This document shows, piece by piece, positions 57,329 through 64,000 of a stretch of 64,000 bases of DNA. The translations under genes were made by a program, and so were the position numbers. Source of the stretch: Cycas panzhihuaensis (taxonomy: Eukaryota; Plantae; Cycadophyta); assembly GCA_023213395.1 (NCBI GenBank), contig CM041465.1, positions 130,269,741 through 130,333,740 on the forward strand, written 5' to 3'. Each line of letters opens with the position of its first letter. Within the stretch, counting starts at the first letter, position 1. The notes beneath the pieces are model-generated. The model saw only the letters and a list, made by a program, of their open reading frames with translations, was not told the origin of the DNA and ran no database searches.

Positions 57329-59914
57329 CACCTCAAACATTTAGAAACTTCCCTTCAGGTCTTGGCTTAAAACTAGTTATATACAAAAATGTCAAAGTGT
57401 GAATTTAGAAAAATCAAATTGCAATACTTAATCCACATCATCTATGTAACTGCCATACAATTTAACCCTAATAAAGTATTGGTCATCATCTAGTAGCCCA
57501 TCCTAAAGAGCCTAACCTAATTATGTGCCTTCTTTGACTTAATGAGTTTCTATTGTCATTTTATTAAAAATTACACATTTATAGTTGCCCTCTTGATGAA
57601 CCTACTTCATAAGGACTACTTTTAGTGGTCGTTGAGAGTTGAGGATGCCTTCAACCTTCTAAAAGTGCTCAAAACAACCACACCCATACTCACCACCCCC
57701 AACTTCTCCCAACCTTTCTAATTAGAATGCAATACATTTGGTGTGAGGCTAAGGGTTGCCCTCATAGAAAACTTTCATCTCATTACATTTAAAAGTCAAA
57801 AACTCAAAGACCATAAGTGCCATCTTTCTACTTATCAAAAGGAAATAAGGACCATCATGTATGCAATTAACAAGTGGTGTTAATATCTGCTTGGATCCAA
57901 GTTTACCATTTTGACAGACCATCATAGTCTCCATTGCTTACTCGATCAACTAGTTTTATCAGAAGAATAAGCTAAATAGGTCAATTGATTATAGGTTTTT
58001 GACTTTTCTATTTTACACAAAAAGGACAAGGCTAATATCATTACAAATATTGTTTCCTAACTCCTTGTTGAACCATCAATTTAAGCCATCTCTATGGCTA
58101 AACCTTCTTAGCTTCGTAACTTGGCCAAGTTTAATAAATCTTAACCTAAATTTACCAGTTAGGCTAATAAGGTTTAAAGCTAAAAAGATTAGAGCCTATA
58201 TAATAATTGCCTTCTCTATCAGAACTACATATTTTAGACCCTACCGCCCCATTAATTACTTACATCCTGGTTGAATATCATAACATCCCCTTTGGAGGCC
58301 ACTCTGGATTTAACAAAACCTCTCATTGCATTCAATCTTATTTCTATTGGCCTCATATAAAATCTATCATCCTCATATACATCTATTTATGTGATACCTA
58401 CCAATGTCATAAGATAGACACTAAAGCCCAACCTATCTTACTTTAATCCCTAAAAATCCCTTAAAGAAAATGGTAAGACATTGCCATGGACTTCATCATA
58501 AAACTCCCATTATCGGCTAGGTATGACTTTGTTAGGGTCATCATCGATTTCTTAACTAAATATACTTACTTCATCCTTGTCTACACTACTTACAAAGCCT
58601 CTCATTTGGTTAAACTCTATATCCAATTCATCTTTCACCTCCATGGCTTCCCATCCACTATTATATCTAATAGAGATCCCAAATTTATGAGATCATTTTG
58701 GCAAAAACTCTTTCACACATTAAGAACATCTCTCCATATGAGCTCATCCTATCACCCCCAAACAGATGGGCAATCTAAAATCCTCAATAAAACCTTGGAG
58801 ATATACCTCTATTGCTTTACCTTAAAACACCAACTTAATAGACTTCTTAGTTAGCCTTAGCAGAATATTAGTACAAATTATCCTACCACTCCATAATTGG
58901 CATGACTCCATTTATAACTCTCTATGGATATCTCCCACCATCTCATCATACATTGGATGCTAATTTTTGCATTGCTAAGGTACAAGAAACACTATAAGAT
59001 ATGGATAAAATTCTTCACACCCTTAAATAAAACTCATACTCTCTGTAAATTTAAATAAGTGACTTACAGATCACCACCACTCTACTCGATCATTTGATAT
59101 GGGTGACTTGGTTTTTCTTCGACTCTAGCATTACAAACAATAGTCTCTCCACTATCACAAGATCCACAAGCTAAGTCCCTAATATTATGATCCCTATAAA
59201 ATTACTCAATGTATTGGTGCAACTGCTTATGCCCTTACCCTTACCCCTGAGACTAAGATACATAATGTCTTCCATATATCTTGCTTGAAAAGTACCTAAG
59301 GAAGTACATCACACCCCAAACAATCCTTCTTACTCTCTAAGAAGGAGAAATACTCACAGTTCCCCTTATATGTATTCTAAACACCTGACATTTTTATCTC
59401 TGAAATATAACTATTTTTTAATACCTAGTATAGTGGACCAATTATACACCTGAGGAAGCCACATGGGAATCTGATAACTTCATCAAGTAGGATCCACATC
59501 TTTTGTATTTTAAGGACTCAACATCCCAAAGGGGGGGGGCTATTAAGTAACCTTCCAAGGTATAATATAAAAGTAGCTAATTGTGCAATTATAGTGGTGG
59601 GGATTAAGGACAATCACTAATAGGTGTGCATGAGTCACACACCTCTACTAGTGGGATCAAAGGCCACATAGCCCACTAATAAGATGTTAGGAGTTAAAGG
59701 CCACTTTTATCTATTTAAGGCCTCACATTTATAAAGTAAGAGTTCATTCAATCATTTTCTATTATAAAGATTATACTCTCATACATCTTATTTTGATGTC
59801 CATTGAGTTGTCTTGTGATCTAAATGTAATTTGTATTGCTACATTAATAAAAGTTCCATTTTATGCTCTCTTGTGGTCAATTTCATATGATATTTTTAAG
59901 GTGGATCATAACCC

Positions 59915-64000
<4,086 letters not shown>

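Larger units (their letters stand above)
48451..59913 (+). mobile_element. Chromovirus unit 2: leader and gag (~49600-50200), interrupted by a Copia, then RT-end/RH/INT/CHD (57329-59520) and 3' LTR 59541-59913
   Basis: KINIPVFD...FASIHLE (gag); HLKHLETSLQVL..LYTKMSKCEF (RT); SSSYHPQTDGQSKILNKTLE (INT); YLV*WTNYTPEEATWE (CHD); AAAGGGGGGGGG PPT. Confidence 0.8.

Overview
Eukaryotic, retrotransposon-dense DNA from a large-genome land plant (gymnosperm-like by inference from the TE lineages). No intact host gene is visible. In order: (1) a decayed Tat-type Ty3/Gypsy element (1-~10997) carrying a spliced antisense plant-mobile-domain (PMD) gene and a displaced extra RNase H; (2) a LINE RT fragment; (3) a deleted chromovirus; (4) an old L1-type LINE with a tRNA-derived SINE inside it, split by a ~10 kb LTR-like element (20594-30555). 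The ~3.3-3.5 kb terminal direct repeats of that element each contain the same chimera of a ZIP4/IRT3-type zinc-transporter fragment and an Ataxin-2-like CID3/CID4 (tandem PAM2) fragment; this is the best candidate for an undescribed system. Then come (5) a near-full-length L1 with RNase H inserted in an RTE-like LINE; (6) a ~3 kb TA microsatellite; (7) two chromovirus units in tandem that appear to share one LTR, the second interrupted by a Copia whose 2.6 kb leader carries a histone H3 fragment; and (8) a second Copia running off the window. All domain calls come from manual translation and motif recognition, not database searches. Boundaries are approximate unless termini are quoted.
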